Below are positions 60,801 through 64,000 of a stretch of DNA of 64,000 bases, in pieces. Under the pieces are notes generated by a model. It was not told the origin of the DNA and ran no database searches. It worked only from the letters and a program-made list of their open reading frames with translations. Position 1 is the stretch's first letter. The number at the start of each line of letters is the position of its first letter. The position numbers and the translations under genes are program-made. This DNA is from Asterias rubens (lineage: Eukaryota). Location: NCBI RefSeq assembly GCF_902459465.1, contig NC_047078.1, positions 12,772,001 through 12,836,000 of the forward strand. The letters are read 5' to 3'.

Positions 60801-63149
60801 TTATTCAGGATAGTAAATCGTGAATAACGTGCAGAAATATAACAGATAAGATTTGAGCTATTACTTCTAATTGAAAGAAAAACATTGTTGATTGGAGATT
60901 CAGAGTAAATTTAAGAAGATCATTATTTATTGCATGAGTGTTCTTTACAAAGTTTCCATTCTTGGTATGTATGGTATTCAACTATTTTTTGTATATCCTA
61001 AGATTCTAAATAAGGTATGACTCAAAATTGAAGAACATTAGTTCATTTGTAGAAAAACATCTTTACGAACAGTAGATTAATGATTGCACATGTACAGTAA
61101 ATGAGTGTTAATTTTTGTTGCAGGTCGTACAATGCCAGTAATTTGATGGATGATTTGAAGTATCTGTACCGAGTAGCAGGTAGTCAAGGCCAAGGTATCA
61201 CATTCATCTTCACTGATAATGAGATCAAAGATGAAGCCTTCTTGGAATATCTCAACAATGTCTTATCATCAGGAGAGGTTAGTTCACATTCAGTCAACAT
61301 TCAAACAGATCCTTTGCACATGACATGACATATCACTAGCTCAAACAGAGCCCGATACTAAGGTCAACAGACTTTCATTGGCTAAGAGTTGTGTGTGTGG
61401 CACTAACACACAAAGGCTTGATTCCATCGTTTGACCTCATGGGATCATGCAAGGGGGCTGTAACTCATTGGCTGTTAAGCAGATATATGAATTATCAATT
61501 TCATTTCACTTCATAAAACATTTCCACATGGATAAGTACTTTACAAAACAAACAATGTATACAAGAAAACTACTAAGTGGAGGCATTACACAAGAAGCCG
61601 CAGCTTATAAACAGAGTGCCTTAAACACACACAAAATATATCAAAATAAACAATACTGAAAAAGGGAGACAAAATACACAAGACAAATAAAATGAAACAA
61701 AAACGGACATGAACTTATTTAGTAGACATCAGACGTACTTACCAAACATATATACTATTGATACAACGATACAGTTAATACAAGAGATAATGCAAGCAAA
61801 TGAAGTACATTTAAAGGGAGGCGAACGGATTATTAATCACAACTGCCTACTTATTCACCAGTAATGTTTGCAACATGGCCAAATGCAGTCAGGTGGCAAA
61901 ATCTAGTCAATATTTTGTTGTTACATCATCATTTTTGGGAGACTTATTTGTGTAATAACTGCATATGAAATAATGATGCTTGTTGGTTATGAGTCAACGC
62001 AAAAGTCTGAACAATATGAAAATAAAGTGATTATTGATAATTCACATTAGATGTTTTCTGTATTACTTAGGTATCCAATCTGTTTGCTCGTGATGAGTTA
62101 GATGAAATCACTCAAGAGTTAATTTCCGTCATGAAGAAGGAGTTTCCACGCAGACCACCAACCAATGATAATCTCTATGAGTACTTCATTTCAAGAGCTC
62201 GTAATAACCTTCATGTTGTCCTGTGCTTCTCCCCTGTAAGTCACAAAGATGTTTCAACATTTGCAAATTTTATTTAATTATGGTTTGAATGGTAAGCCAT
62301 ATTTTACTAATGATATACAACGTAGCTTTGTATTTGTATACCACACATACGTAAACCCTTGTCATTTGATTTGTATCATACATTATTTTGCCATGTATTT
62401 ACTGCCATGGTGTTTGACGCTCCACAGTTTAATCCTATTTTGATAAATATGCGATGCTTTCACACTTTCCAAAATAGTTTGTGTCAAAGAGGACAAGGTT
62501 GGTGTCTACATGGCGTCATCCATGTTGTTTAGAAAGGGTATTCAAATGTTTAGACTTGTTTACTAATACTTTGACAGATTGACCAGGACATTTCAGTCAG
62601 TACCAGATTGTTGAATTATTTTGTACAGTATCAAGTATATGTAGGAAGTGTGACCTGACATAACAACACTCTTTAGCGTAACAGCATCCATCCTTGTTTG
62701 ATATTTCTCCAGAAGGCGATCTCCAGAAGATGATCAGAGCATACTGATCGAATCGTCGAAATTAAACCAACGGTTCTTTTCAGAACCACCCCAACTCATT
62801 AGAGATAGTCATTACATGGTGTTACCGCAAACCTTTCTATATCGTATTTCCACCATGCAAAGTTTCAAATCCTACTTATATTTGTCTTTGTTAATTAATG
62901 TCCTATTTCTCTGTGTTTGTAGGTGGGAGAGAAATTTCGTAACCGCTCATTAAAGTTTCCTGGGTTGATCTCAGGTTGCACCATGGATTGGTTTACAAGA
63001 TGGCCCAAGGATGCTCTGGTTGCTGTATCTAATCATTTCTTGTCTAAGTTTGAGATTATGTGTCCAGCTGAGACTAAGCAGCAACTTGTACACACTATGG
63101 GAGAGTTCCATGATGGTGTGGCTGAAACATGTACAGACTACTTCCAAAG
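3725..63149 (+). CDS. DNAH5: Axonemal outer-arm dynein heavy chain, DNAH5/DNAH8 class (partial gene; 47 exons in window, numbered 1-47 within the window)
   Basis: 47 exons bounded by GT/GC-AG join in consistent phase into about 2,575 codons without a stop. Four P-loops: GPAGTGKT (38513-38536, AAA1), GPSGAGKS (AAA2), GEQGTAKT (AAA3), GVGGSGKQ (AAA4). Peptides such as [36 protein letters not shown] and HYDFGLRN closely match my recollection of human DNAH5. DNAH5 versus DNAH8-type paralog needs a tree. Confidence 0.93.
3870..3960 (+). repeat. Related copy with CTGAAGA...GAAA.GTC core
   Basis: CTGAAGA (3875-3881), stem GAGCGG/CTG-TC, GAAA (3900-3903), GTC (3905-3907). Confidence 0.5.
4144..4263 (+). 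CDS. DNAH5: Dynein HC exon 2
   Basis: [40 protein letters not shown]; AG/GT ends. Confidence 0.9.
4411..4546 (+). CDS. DNAH5: Dynein HC exon 3
   Basis: [32 protein letters not shown]; AG/GT ends. Confidence 0.9.
4858..4947. repeat. Inverted pair of hammerhead-like (Penelope-type) termini
   Basis: 22-bp arms TGGCCTGACGTTTCGACCCTAG / CTAGGGTCGAAATGTCAGGCCA, one mismatch. Confidence 0.5.
5220..5407 (+). CDS. DNAH5: Dynein HC exon 4
   Basis: [29 protein letters not shown]; AG/GT ends. Confidence 0.9.
6139..6336 (+). CDS. DNAH5: Dynein HC exon 5
   Basis: [14 protein letters not shown]...[12 protein letters not shown]; AG/GT ends. Confidence 0.9.
6916..7035 (+). CDS. DNAH5: Dynein HC exon 6
   Basis: [25 protein letters not shown]; AG/GT ends. 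Confidence 0.9.
7126..7331. mobile_element. Tc1/mariner-type MITE
   Basis: TIR CAATCCCGGCCA; TA on both sides. Confidence 0.7.
9374..9638. repeat. Minisatellite, 53 bp x 5
   Basis: Unit starts at 9374, 9427, 9480, 9533, 9586. Confidence 0.95.
9806..10612. mobile_element. TIR-bounded element (CAGGGCTCGAAT) containing a 32-bp minisatellite
   Basis: 12-bp TIRs at 9806 and 10601-10612; flanks do not match (no TSD). Confidence 0.55.
9815..10360. repeat. Minisatellite, 32 bp x about 17
   Basis: AATTTACATTGGATGGCAGGCTGGAGGCCAGC, nearly invariant. Confidence 0.95.
10721..11638 (-). CDS. Intronless rhodopsin-family (class A) GPCR nested antisense in dynein intron 6
   Basis: 305-aa ORF from ATG (MNNTES, N-glycosylation sequon) with seven hydrophobic segments. 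Motifs: TM1 N, TM2 D, WPFG-C in ECL1/TM3, DRY followed by VHPLRY, TM6 GYIP, TM7 NVMIY (NPxxY variant), helix-8 RNKEFR. Confidence 0.9.
   Translation of the reverse strand: MNNTESDVYIVVKVINAGIWTITTLLVLLLNAVCLIILPKVKGINESTKVFLTCMTINDFNLGVFYCLPMIGVAITGGTWPFGAFCYVQALVIKQGLLMNMMSAVLITFDRYTAVVHPLRYVSWVTGWRAKIITFSIAVLTTLYAFSFLLLELNHTLFNPILQICLIGENNLTTYLLTFTSGILMFVVFIAMYIKILKVASKHAVRIAAQQNPIAEKPLTPSRRSFTTIFIITSLLIIGYIPFSIISIMVSANIQPPWIIVNMTKVLLASVSWLNVMIYYVRNKEFRKTTQSFLQNIRQYCSCHE
12785..13200 (+). mobile_element. tRNA-derived SINE with conserved central domain and L2-like 3' tail
   Basis: A box GTGGCAGAGCGG, B box GGTTCGAATCC, central GTGTCCTTAAGCAAGACACTT, tail GCGCCTTGAG...GCGCTATATAA. Confidence 0.8.
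14876..15035 (+). CDS. DNAH5: Dynein HC exon 7
   Basis: [28 protein letters not shown]; phase 0 continues exon 6. Confidence 0.85.
15527..16029 (+). repeat. Dispersed palindromic repeat family (hairpin module + ATTCATAAATACC-bounded module)
   Basis: 43-bp perfect arms (15560-15602 / 15625-15667) around GTACCGAGACGAAGTCGAGGTA. Other copies: about 24250-24706, 36700-37482, 55668-56220; fragments at 13801-13920 and 1631-1670. Confidence 0.75.
16148..16352 (+). CDS. DNAH5: Dynein HC exon 8
   Basis: [34 protein letters not shown]; donor ac|gtaagt. Confidence 0.85.
16965..17499. repeat. Tandem repeat, 101 bp x 5.3, spanning the intron 8/exon 9 junction
   Basis: Unit starts at 16965, 17066, 17167, 17268, 17369, 17470. 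Confidence 0.95.
17460..17562 (+). CDS. DNAH5: Dynein HC exon 9 (acceptor tandemly amplified)
   Basis: [34 protein letters not shown]; only the last of five identical acceptors keeps the frame open. Confidence 0.85.
17999..18182 (+). CDS. DNAH5: Dynein HC exon 10
   Basis: [32 protein letters not shown]; donor chosen by phase (tcag|gtaata), somewhat uncertain. Confidence 0.75.
18218..18568 (+). mobile_element. Kolobok-like MITE, family K2
   Basis: TTAA-flanked; colinear with 57379-57756. Confidence 0.75.
18757..18953 (+). CDS. DNAH5: Dynein HC exon 11
   Basis: [25 protein letters not shown]; AG/GT ends. Confidence 0.88.
19484..19610 (+). CDS. DNAH5: Dynein HC exon 12
   Basis: [23 protein letters not shown]; donor g|gtgagt. 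Confidence 0.88.
20126..20361 (+). CDS. DNAH5: Dynein HC exon 13
   Basis: [14 protein letters not shown]...[13 protein letters not shown]...GPIE. Confidence 0.92.
20649..20753 (+). CDS. DNAH5: Dynein HC exon 14
   Basis: [31 protein letters not shown]. Confidence 0.9.
21390..21503 (+). CDS. DNAH5: Dynein HC exon 15
   Basis: [25 protein letters not shown]. Confidence 0.9.
21569..21966 (+). mobile_element. Kolobok-like MITE, K2 variant with 29-bp 5' duplication
   Basis: AAAGGGAAGGTACACCTTTGGTAATTGTC x2; ends ACCTTCCCT|TTAA. Confidence 0.65.
22500..22562 (+). CDS. DNAH5: Dynein HC exon 16
   Basis: [21 protein letters not shown]. Confidence 0.9.
23378..23616 (+). CDS. DNAH5: Dynein HC exon 17
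   Basis: [22 protein letters not shown]...[10 protein letters not shown]. Confidence 0.92.
24250..24706 (+). repeat. 5'-truncated copy of the palindromic family
   Basis: Starts inside the hairpin; ends CTGTCTGGGGTATTTATGAAT. Confidence 0.7.
24810..25050 (+). CDS. DNAH5: Dynein HC exon 18
   Basis: [24 protein letters not shown]...NIMEAPLL. Confidence 0.93.
25142..25392. mobile_element. Degenerate Harbinger-type MITE
   Basis: Homologous to 63162-63412 in opposite orientation. Confidence 0.65.
25671..25870 (+). CDS. DNAH5: Dynein HC exon 19
   Basis: [13 protein letters not shown]...[14 protein letters not shown]. Confidence 0.93.
26074..29897 (-). mobile_element. RTE-clade LINE with intact ends, RT core deleted, interrupted by a MITE
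   Basis: 10-bp TSD TTGTGAAGTT at 26064-26073 and 29898-29907; (GAC)n 3' tail. APE ([25 protein letters not shown]) at 28447-29346; RT N-part ([21 protein letters not shown]) at 26679-27122; C-terminus ([16 protein letters not shown]) at 26094-26528. The YADD region is absent. Confidence 0.9.
27754..28468. mobile_element. Non-autonomous TIR element (hAT-like termini, 6-bp TSD) inserted in the RTE LINE
   Basis: TIR CAGGCCTGTGA/TCACAGGCCTG; TSD GTTTTG on both sides. Removing the element and one TSD restores the RTE frame [14 protein letters not shown]. Confidence 0.85.
30435..30588 (+). CDS. DNAH5: Dynein HC exon 20
   Basis: [16 protein letters not shown]...[13 protein letters not shown]. Confidence 0.93.
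30849..30924. other. Isolated near-perfect hairpin (30-bp stem, 16-nt loop)
   Basis: GTTGAATGAGG(T/A)GCATGCTGGTCTAGCTAG arms with one mismatch. Confidence 0.8.
30969..32361. mobile_element. PIF/Harbinger-type non-autonomous element, 1.39 kb
   Basis: 45-bp perfect TIR GGCGCGCGGTCCATTTAGGGCCGGTTCGGCAATCATCCACGATTG; TAA on both sides. Confidence 0.88.
32478..32641 (+). CDS. DNAH5: Dynein HC exon 21
   Basis: [21 protein letters not shown]...EICQKSLTG. Confidence 0.93.
32798..33112 (+). mobile_element. Kolobok-like MITE, family K2
   Basis: TTAA|AGACAATGGACACTATTGG...TAGTGTCCACTGCCT. Confidence 0.7.
33519..33783. mobile_element. hAT MITE
   Basis: TIR CAGTGTTGTA/TACAACACTG; 8-bp TSD CTGATGGG; subterminal CGAGTC repeats. 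Confidence 0.88.
33906..34008 (+). CDS. DNAH5: Dynein HC exon 22
   Basis: [34 protein letters not shown]. Confidence 0.93.
34407..34704. mobile_element. hAT-like MITE with 6-bp TSD, nested in an older CAGGCCTG-ended element (about 34375-34830)
   Basis: TIR CAGGCATGCAACT; ATTATC on both sides. Confidence 0.8.
34858..34962 (+). CDS. DNAH5: Dynein HC exon 23
   Basis: [35 protein letters not shown]. Confidence 0.92.
35711..35872 (+). CDS. DNAH5: Dynein HC exon 24
   Basis: [19 protein letters not shown]...FIAQ. Confidence 0.92.
36323..36547 (+). CDS. DNAH5: Dynein HC exon 25
   Basis: [18 protein letters not shown]...[13 protein letters not shown]. Confidence 0.93.
36700..37482. repeat. Composite copy of the palindromic family
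   Basis: 21-bp inverted ends ATTCATAAATACCCCAGACAG; half hairpin module in the centre. Confidence 0.7.
37546..37718 (+). CDS. DNAH5: Dynein HC exon 26
   Basis: [12 protein letters not shown]...[16 protein letters not shown]. Confidence 0.93.
38458..38636 (+). CDS. DNAH5: Dynein HC exon 27 (AAA1 P-loop)
   Basis: [18 protein letters not shown]...FNCSDQMDY. Confidence 0.95.
38755..38945 (-). mobile_element. Degenerate L2-type LINE 3' fragment
   Basis: Minus strand translates to [17 protein letters not shown]...[12 protein letters not shown]. Confidence 0.75.
39557..39744 (+). CDS. DNAH5: Dynein HC exon 28
   Basis: [24 protein letters not shown]...FGLFLTM. Confidence 0.95.
39988..40392 (+). 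mobile_element. Second copy of the same tRNA-SINE (B box deleted)
   Basis: Colinear with 12785-13200; ends in GCGCTTTATAAG and (ATT)n. Confidence 0.8.
40490..40684 (+). CDS. DNAH5: Dynein HC exon 29 (GC donor)
   Basis: [15 protein letters not shown]...LCEEQLTKQ|gcaagt. Confidence 0.92.
41180..41314 (+). CDS. DNAH5: Dynein HC exon 30
   Basis: [18 protein letters not shown]...RDMNLSKL. Confidence 0.93.
41325..41678 (-). mobile_element. tRNA-derived SINE of a different family (Deu/V-like central domain)
   Basis: Minus strand: TGGCTGAGTGG A box, GGTTTGAATCC B box, GTGTCCTTGACAGGATACTT...TAAATGGGTACC central domain, TAAAGCGC tail, (TTA)n. Confidence 0.7.
41899..42060 (+). CDS. DNAH5: Dynein HC exon 31
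   Basis: [18 protein letters not shown]...WNLKVVQ. Confidence 0.93.
42788..45754 (-). CDS. LINE ORF2 (AP endonuclease + reverse transcriptase)
   Basis: About 988 aa from first ATG. APE motifs NARS, ETW, IYRAP, GDFN, TLIDNI, SDHLP. RT motifs [38 protein letters not shown]. Confidence 0.93.
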   Translation of the reverse strand: MFHDCNVSNLFSLDDTSSTNSCSYFESNDFNNLMTNSTGHFSIYYMNARSLCKHFHDIQDYLCSLTHSFSIYGFTETWFKDAPPPYIQMKNYQLLHSSRSNKIGGGAAMFISDSLAYHTRDDLMLTCDDLECVFIEIARSDSCNIIVGNIYRAPGTSFDTFQTSLDYCLSVITNEKKLCYIMGDFNLNLINCSIHQPTEDFVNMISAYGFCPLINKPTRITSRTATLIDNILTNNDTHQISAGILYTDISDHLPLFQTTPFCFHQKQSPDKTYTTRPINSFTLNAFRSDLECTDWTGVFHSSDVDLAYNYFLSTFTDLYNHHFPLVTKSAVKVKQKQPWISQAIITSINHKNNLYKRFLRNPSTTNEHNFKCFRNRLTTIIRVAKRTHYARKLDANKNNIKNTWREISDILGKNRKVDIPEEVTDGQQTFSSPCDVANSFNTYFTNIGSSLSSKISPTQALFSDYLPTPNNHSFFLVPTNRFEINEVCKQLNNGVSCGFDGISSTVVKSVISFISWPLAHIFNLSFLCGSVPSQLKIARVTPIFKSGDRHDLRNYRPISVLPCFSKILEKLVYKRLFKFLSDFHLLYDLQFGFRSKFSTDMALIKLVDHLNNSFTEKMSTIGVFIDLSKAFDTIDHSILLSKLDHYGVRGVANQWFASYLSDRKQYTVFKNCDSPLKTIDCGVPQGSILGPLLFLLYVNDLYHCSSVLSFILFADDTTILFSHSNISSLSNIINRELSLASSWFRSNKLSLNSSKTKYMFFSRTRNANDNFTISINDTPIEQVHSTKFLGVLIDDKLTWKDHISSVSKIVSRNTGVLSKLRSFLPTHTLLSLYNTLILPYLNYCNIVWAHSSTSKLHSLFLIQKRAIRIASMSHRRDHTAPLFANLNTLTLTDINKLQTAIFMFKYTKNLLPHTFSNYFLSVSNTHLYNTRSCNNLYIPFARTSYTMNTLRYHGPRLWNSIDRRIRSQSSVGRFKASFKKHIVSHYVT
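46049..47074 (-). CDS. LINE ORF1 (coiled coil + RRM/L1-transposase-type nucleic-acid-binding protein)
   Basis: About 341 aa from first ATG; motifs [37 protein letters not shown]. Confidence 0.88.
   Translation of the reverse strand: MRPKRHRNPSKTVSVESEPTDPEASGRSPCLDQQNTKASHSSDATKQKKDVSATIRPAPSIPMDSLPMTPIHDNTNPLQNAQELRDHISSVIVNDPSFLQSIIEPIATMVADKIISTSCSKLISNLANNLVANKTFLASISSSVHDAIAQEVYEATSMDTESQRKDITKLDRQYQEISKLNRKLTDDLDIMEQYSRRNCLLLHGIRESTTEVTDKLIIQTIDDKLNLNIKQDDIDRSHRIGQPRKHPPGASNSHHKPRPIIIKFVSYRTRSLVFMNKRHLKGSGLLITENLTRRRSELLQAAKASPSVEAAWTKDGRIILLLENNKKVSVSSLSELNNFIS
47293..47535. mobile_element. Harbinger-type MITE (GGCCCAATTTCAT family, second subfamily)
   Basis: TIR GGCCCAATTTCATAGAGCTGCT; CTG on both sides. 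Confidence 0.8.
47568..47814 (+). CDS. DNAH5: Dynein HC exon 32 (AAA2 P-loop)
   Basis: [22 protein letters not shown]...[12 protein letters not shown]. Confidence 0.95.
48291..49460. repeat. Minisatellite, 40 bp x 29
   Basis: TAGTCTACTTCTCATTC(A/G)CATTTAC(T/C)GAATGCGTGAGCGA. Confidence 0.97.
49842..50083 (+). CDS. DNAH5: Dynein HC exon 33
   Basis: [23 protein letters not shown]...[11 protein letters not shown]. Confidence 0.95.
50508..50648 (+). CDS. DNAH5: Dynein HC exon 34
   Basis: [22 protein letters not shown]...ECNYIRQ. Confidence 0.9.
51364..51745. mobile_element. Kolobok-like MITE, family K1
   Basis: AGGAACATTGCAGAATTGG...CCAATTCTGTAACGTTCCT; TTAA on both sides. Confidence 0.75.
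51790..52033 (+). CDS. DNAH5: Dynein HC exon 35
   Basis: [22 protein letters not shown]...TIFEFVV. Confidence 0.92.
52415..52557 (+). CDS. DNAH5: Dynein HC exon 36 (GC donor)
   Basis: [15 protein letters not shown]...[10 protein letters not shown]...KQNK|gcaagt. Confidence 0.9.
53053..53187 (+). CDS. DNAH5: Dynein HC exon 37 (AAA3 P-loop)
   Basis: [13 protein letters not shown]...[13 protein letters not shown]. Confidence 0.95.
53368..53440 (-). pseudogene. tRNA-Asn(GTT)-derived sequence within a dispersed repeat
   Basis: Cloverleaf with acceptor GGCTAGA/TCTAGTC, A box TAGCTCAGTTGG, loop ACGTTAA, B box GGTTCGAACCC. Mismatches in anticodon and T stems; degenerate sister copy near 40975-41050. 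Confidence 0.7.
53756..53878 (+). CDS. DNAH5: Dynein HC exon 38
   Basis: [20 protein letters not shown]...[14 protein letters not shown]. Confidence 0.95.
53993..54100. mobile_element. PIF/Harbinger (Tourist-like) palindromic MITE, 108 bp
   Basis: TIR AGCCCGGTTC(G/A)TACTT(C/T)CTGCGAAT; TAA on both sides. Confidence 0.8.
54289..54431. repeat. Direct duplication (period 78) spanning the intron 38/exon 39 junction
   Basis: CAACTGTATGATATACCATTGTTGTTGTACACTTGACAG|GTAACCAATGAGATAGTACGACAGAT x2. Confidence 0.92.
54406..54619 (+). CDS. DNAH5: Dynein HC exon 39 (acceptor duplicated)
   Basis: [22 protein letters not shown]...[16 protein letters not shown]. Confidence 0.92.
55155..55261 (+). CDS. 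DNAH5: Dynein HC exon 40
   Basis: [35 protein letters not shown]. Confidence 0.92.
55668..56220 (-). repeat. Copy of the palindromic family, opposite orientation
   Basis: Reverse-colinear with 15527-16029. Confidence 0.75.
56269..56432 (+). CDS. DNAH5: Dynein HC exon 41
   Basis: [23 protein letters not shown]...HECTRVIAD. Confidence 0.95.
57109..57301 (+). CDS. DNAH5: Dynein HC exon 42
   Basis: [11 protein letters not shown]...[12 protein letters not shown]...APKIYEL. Confidence 0.92.
57379..57756 (+). mobile_element. Kolobok-like MITE, family K2 (best copy)
   Basis: TIR AGGCAGTGGACACTATTG; TTAA on both sides. Other copies: 1420-1611 (3' half), 18218-18568, about 19054-19330, 21569-21966, 32798-33112. 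Confidence 0.8.
58401..58820. mobile_element. PIF/Harbinger-type MITE with CAG TSD
   Basis: 24-bp perfect TIR GGGTGCGTTCCACTCGCGCAAACG; CAG on both sides. Confidence 0.82.
58954..59076 (+). CDS. DNAH5: Dynein HC exon 43
   Basis: [24 protein letters not shown]. Confidence 0.92.
59349..59972. repeat. Tandem repeat, 86-89 bp x 7, spanning the intron 43/exon 44 junction
   Basis: Unit starts at 59349, 59438, 59527, 59616, 59705, 59791, 59880, 59966. Confidence 0.95.
59952..60082 (+). CDS. DNAH5: Dynein HC exon 44 (AAA4 P-loop; acceptor tandemly amplified)
   Basis: [43 protein letters not shown]. Confidence 0.93.
61124..61277 (+). CDS. DNAH5: Dynein HC exon 45
   Basis: [16 protein letters not shown]...[11 protein letters not shown]. 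Confidence 0.93.
62071..62235 (+). CDS. DNAH5: Dynein HC exon 46
   Basis: [13 protein letters not shown]...[12 protein letters not shown]. Confidence 0.93.
62721..62870 (+). repeat. Dispersed repeat with minimal hammerhead-like motif (Penelope-like terminal repeat remnant)
   Basis: C(A)GAAGA-T-GATCAG/CTGATC-GAA(T)-CGTC followed by CTTTTCAGAACCA. Related copies at 3870-3960, about 20935-21060 and about 37790-37890 (minus). Confidence 0.5.
62923..63149 (+). CDS. DNAH5: Dynein HC exon 47
   Basis: [32 protein letters not shown]. Confidence 0.93.
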
Positions 63150-63161
63150 GTAAACTATCAG

Positions 63162-63412
63162 GGCCCAATTTCATGGCTCTGCTTACCACCGAATTCTGCG
63201 CTTACGATCGCGATTCCCCGCTTACAAGCAAGCGCCGAATTTCTGCGCTAGCCTTGTATAAAGCAAAGAATGCCTAGTAACATGAAGTACCCACTCGCAG
63301 AAGCCTAAATTCGCCGCTAACGCGTGAAATATGCTTGCCGTAAGCACAGAATTCCCTGCTTCCGTAAGTGCCGATTCTGTGCGCATGGTAAGCAGAGCCA
63401 TGAAATTGGGCC
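63162..63412. mobile_element. Harbinger-type MITE (GGCCCAATTTCAT family)
   Basis: TIR GGCCCAATTTCATGGCTCTGCTTAC; CAG TSD; degenerate sister copy at 25142-25392. Confidence 0.8.
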
Positions 63413-63563
63413 CAGCTCTTTAGCTGATCCACTATTGCACTACGACTTTTTCGTAAATCTGTGTCTCAATTCTTTGTTTAGAGATTTTTTTTTTATTATT
63501 CACACTGCAAATACTGAGTCAATGTTGTGAGTGTGGCACATACATCTACATGCTTATTATTAA

Positions 63564-63891
63564 AGCCATTGGACACTTTCTGAACAGAACAAAAATTCAA
63601 AGTTCACAGATTTACAAATAACTTACAGAAGGTAATGGTAAAAGACTTCCCTGAAATATTATTCCATGAAATGCTTTACTTTTTGAGAAAACATTAAAAC
63701 AATTATCAATTCTCGATATCAAGAATAACAGATTTATTTTAAACACAAGGGTGTGTTTTCCCGTTATTTTCTCCCGACTCCGATGACCGATTGAGCCTAA
63801 ATTTTCACAGGTTTGTTATTTTATATATTAGTTGTGATACATGAAGTGTGGGCCTTTGGACAATACTGTTTACCGATGTTGTGCGATTGCT
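63564..63891. mobile_element. Kolobok-like MITE, further family
   Basis: TTAA|AGCCATTGGACAC... with degenerate right end; shares internal motif with K1/K2 (GACCGATTGAGC...AGGTTTGTTATTTT). Confidence 0.55.
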
Positions 63892-64000
63892 TTATAAGCA
63901 AGGAAAGGGTTTTTATGTTCCTCAATTTCAAAAGCTCACTTGAATTGTTCCAAATGAACAGCCATCATAAGATTGTTTAAAAGTTGATGTCTGATTTAAG

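Overview
AT-rich eukaryotic (metazoan) genomic DNA. An echinoderm such as a sea star is my inference from repeat types and gene content and was not verified. The + strand carries the middle of one axonemal outer-arm dynein heavy chain gene of the DNAH5/DNAH8 class. I traced 47 phase-consistent exons from 3725 to 63149 (7,728 nt, about 2,575 codons), covering tail, linker and AAA1-AAA4; start and stop lie outside the window. The introns hold an intronless antisense class A GPCR (10721-11638), an apparently intact two-ORF L2/CR1-group (Crack-like) LINE (about 42413-47205), and a TSD-bounded RTE LINE with a deleted RT core and a nested MITE (26074-29897). They also hold tRNA-derived SINEs, many non-autonomous DNA transposons (TTAA, TAA/CWG, TA, 8-bp and 6-bp TSD classes) and several minisatellites. 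The most unusual observation is that three dynein 3' splice sites (exons 9, 39, 44) have been tandemly copied with the first bases of their exon. This gives 5, 2 and 7 acceptors, of which only the last gives an open frame, and the exon 39 case has AG|GT recursive-splice geometry. Also notable: Penelope-type minimal hammerhead-like motifs, two GC-AG introns, a tRNA-Asn-derived inverted-repeat element and a modular palindromic repeat family without evident TSDs. No prokaryotic features or CRISPR arrays. All calls were made by eye; no searches were run.
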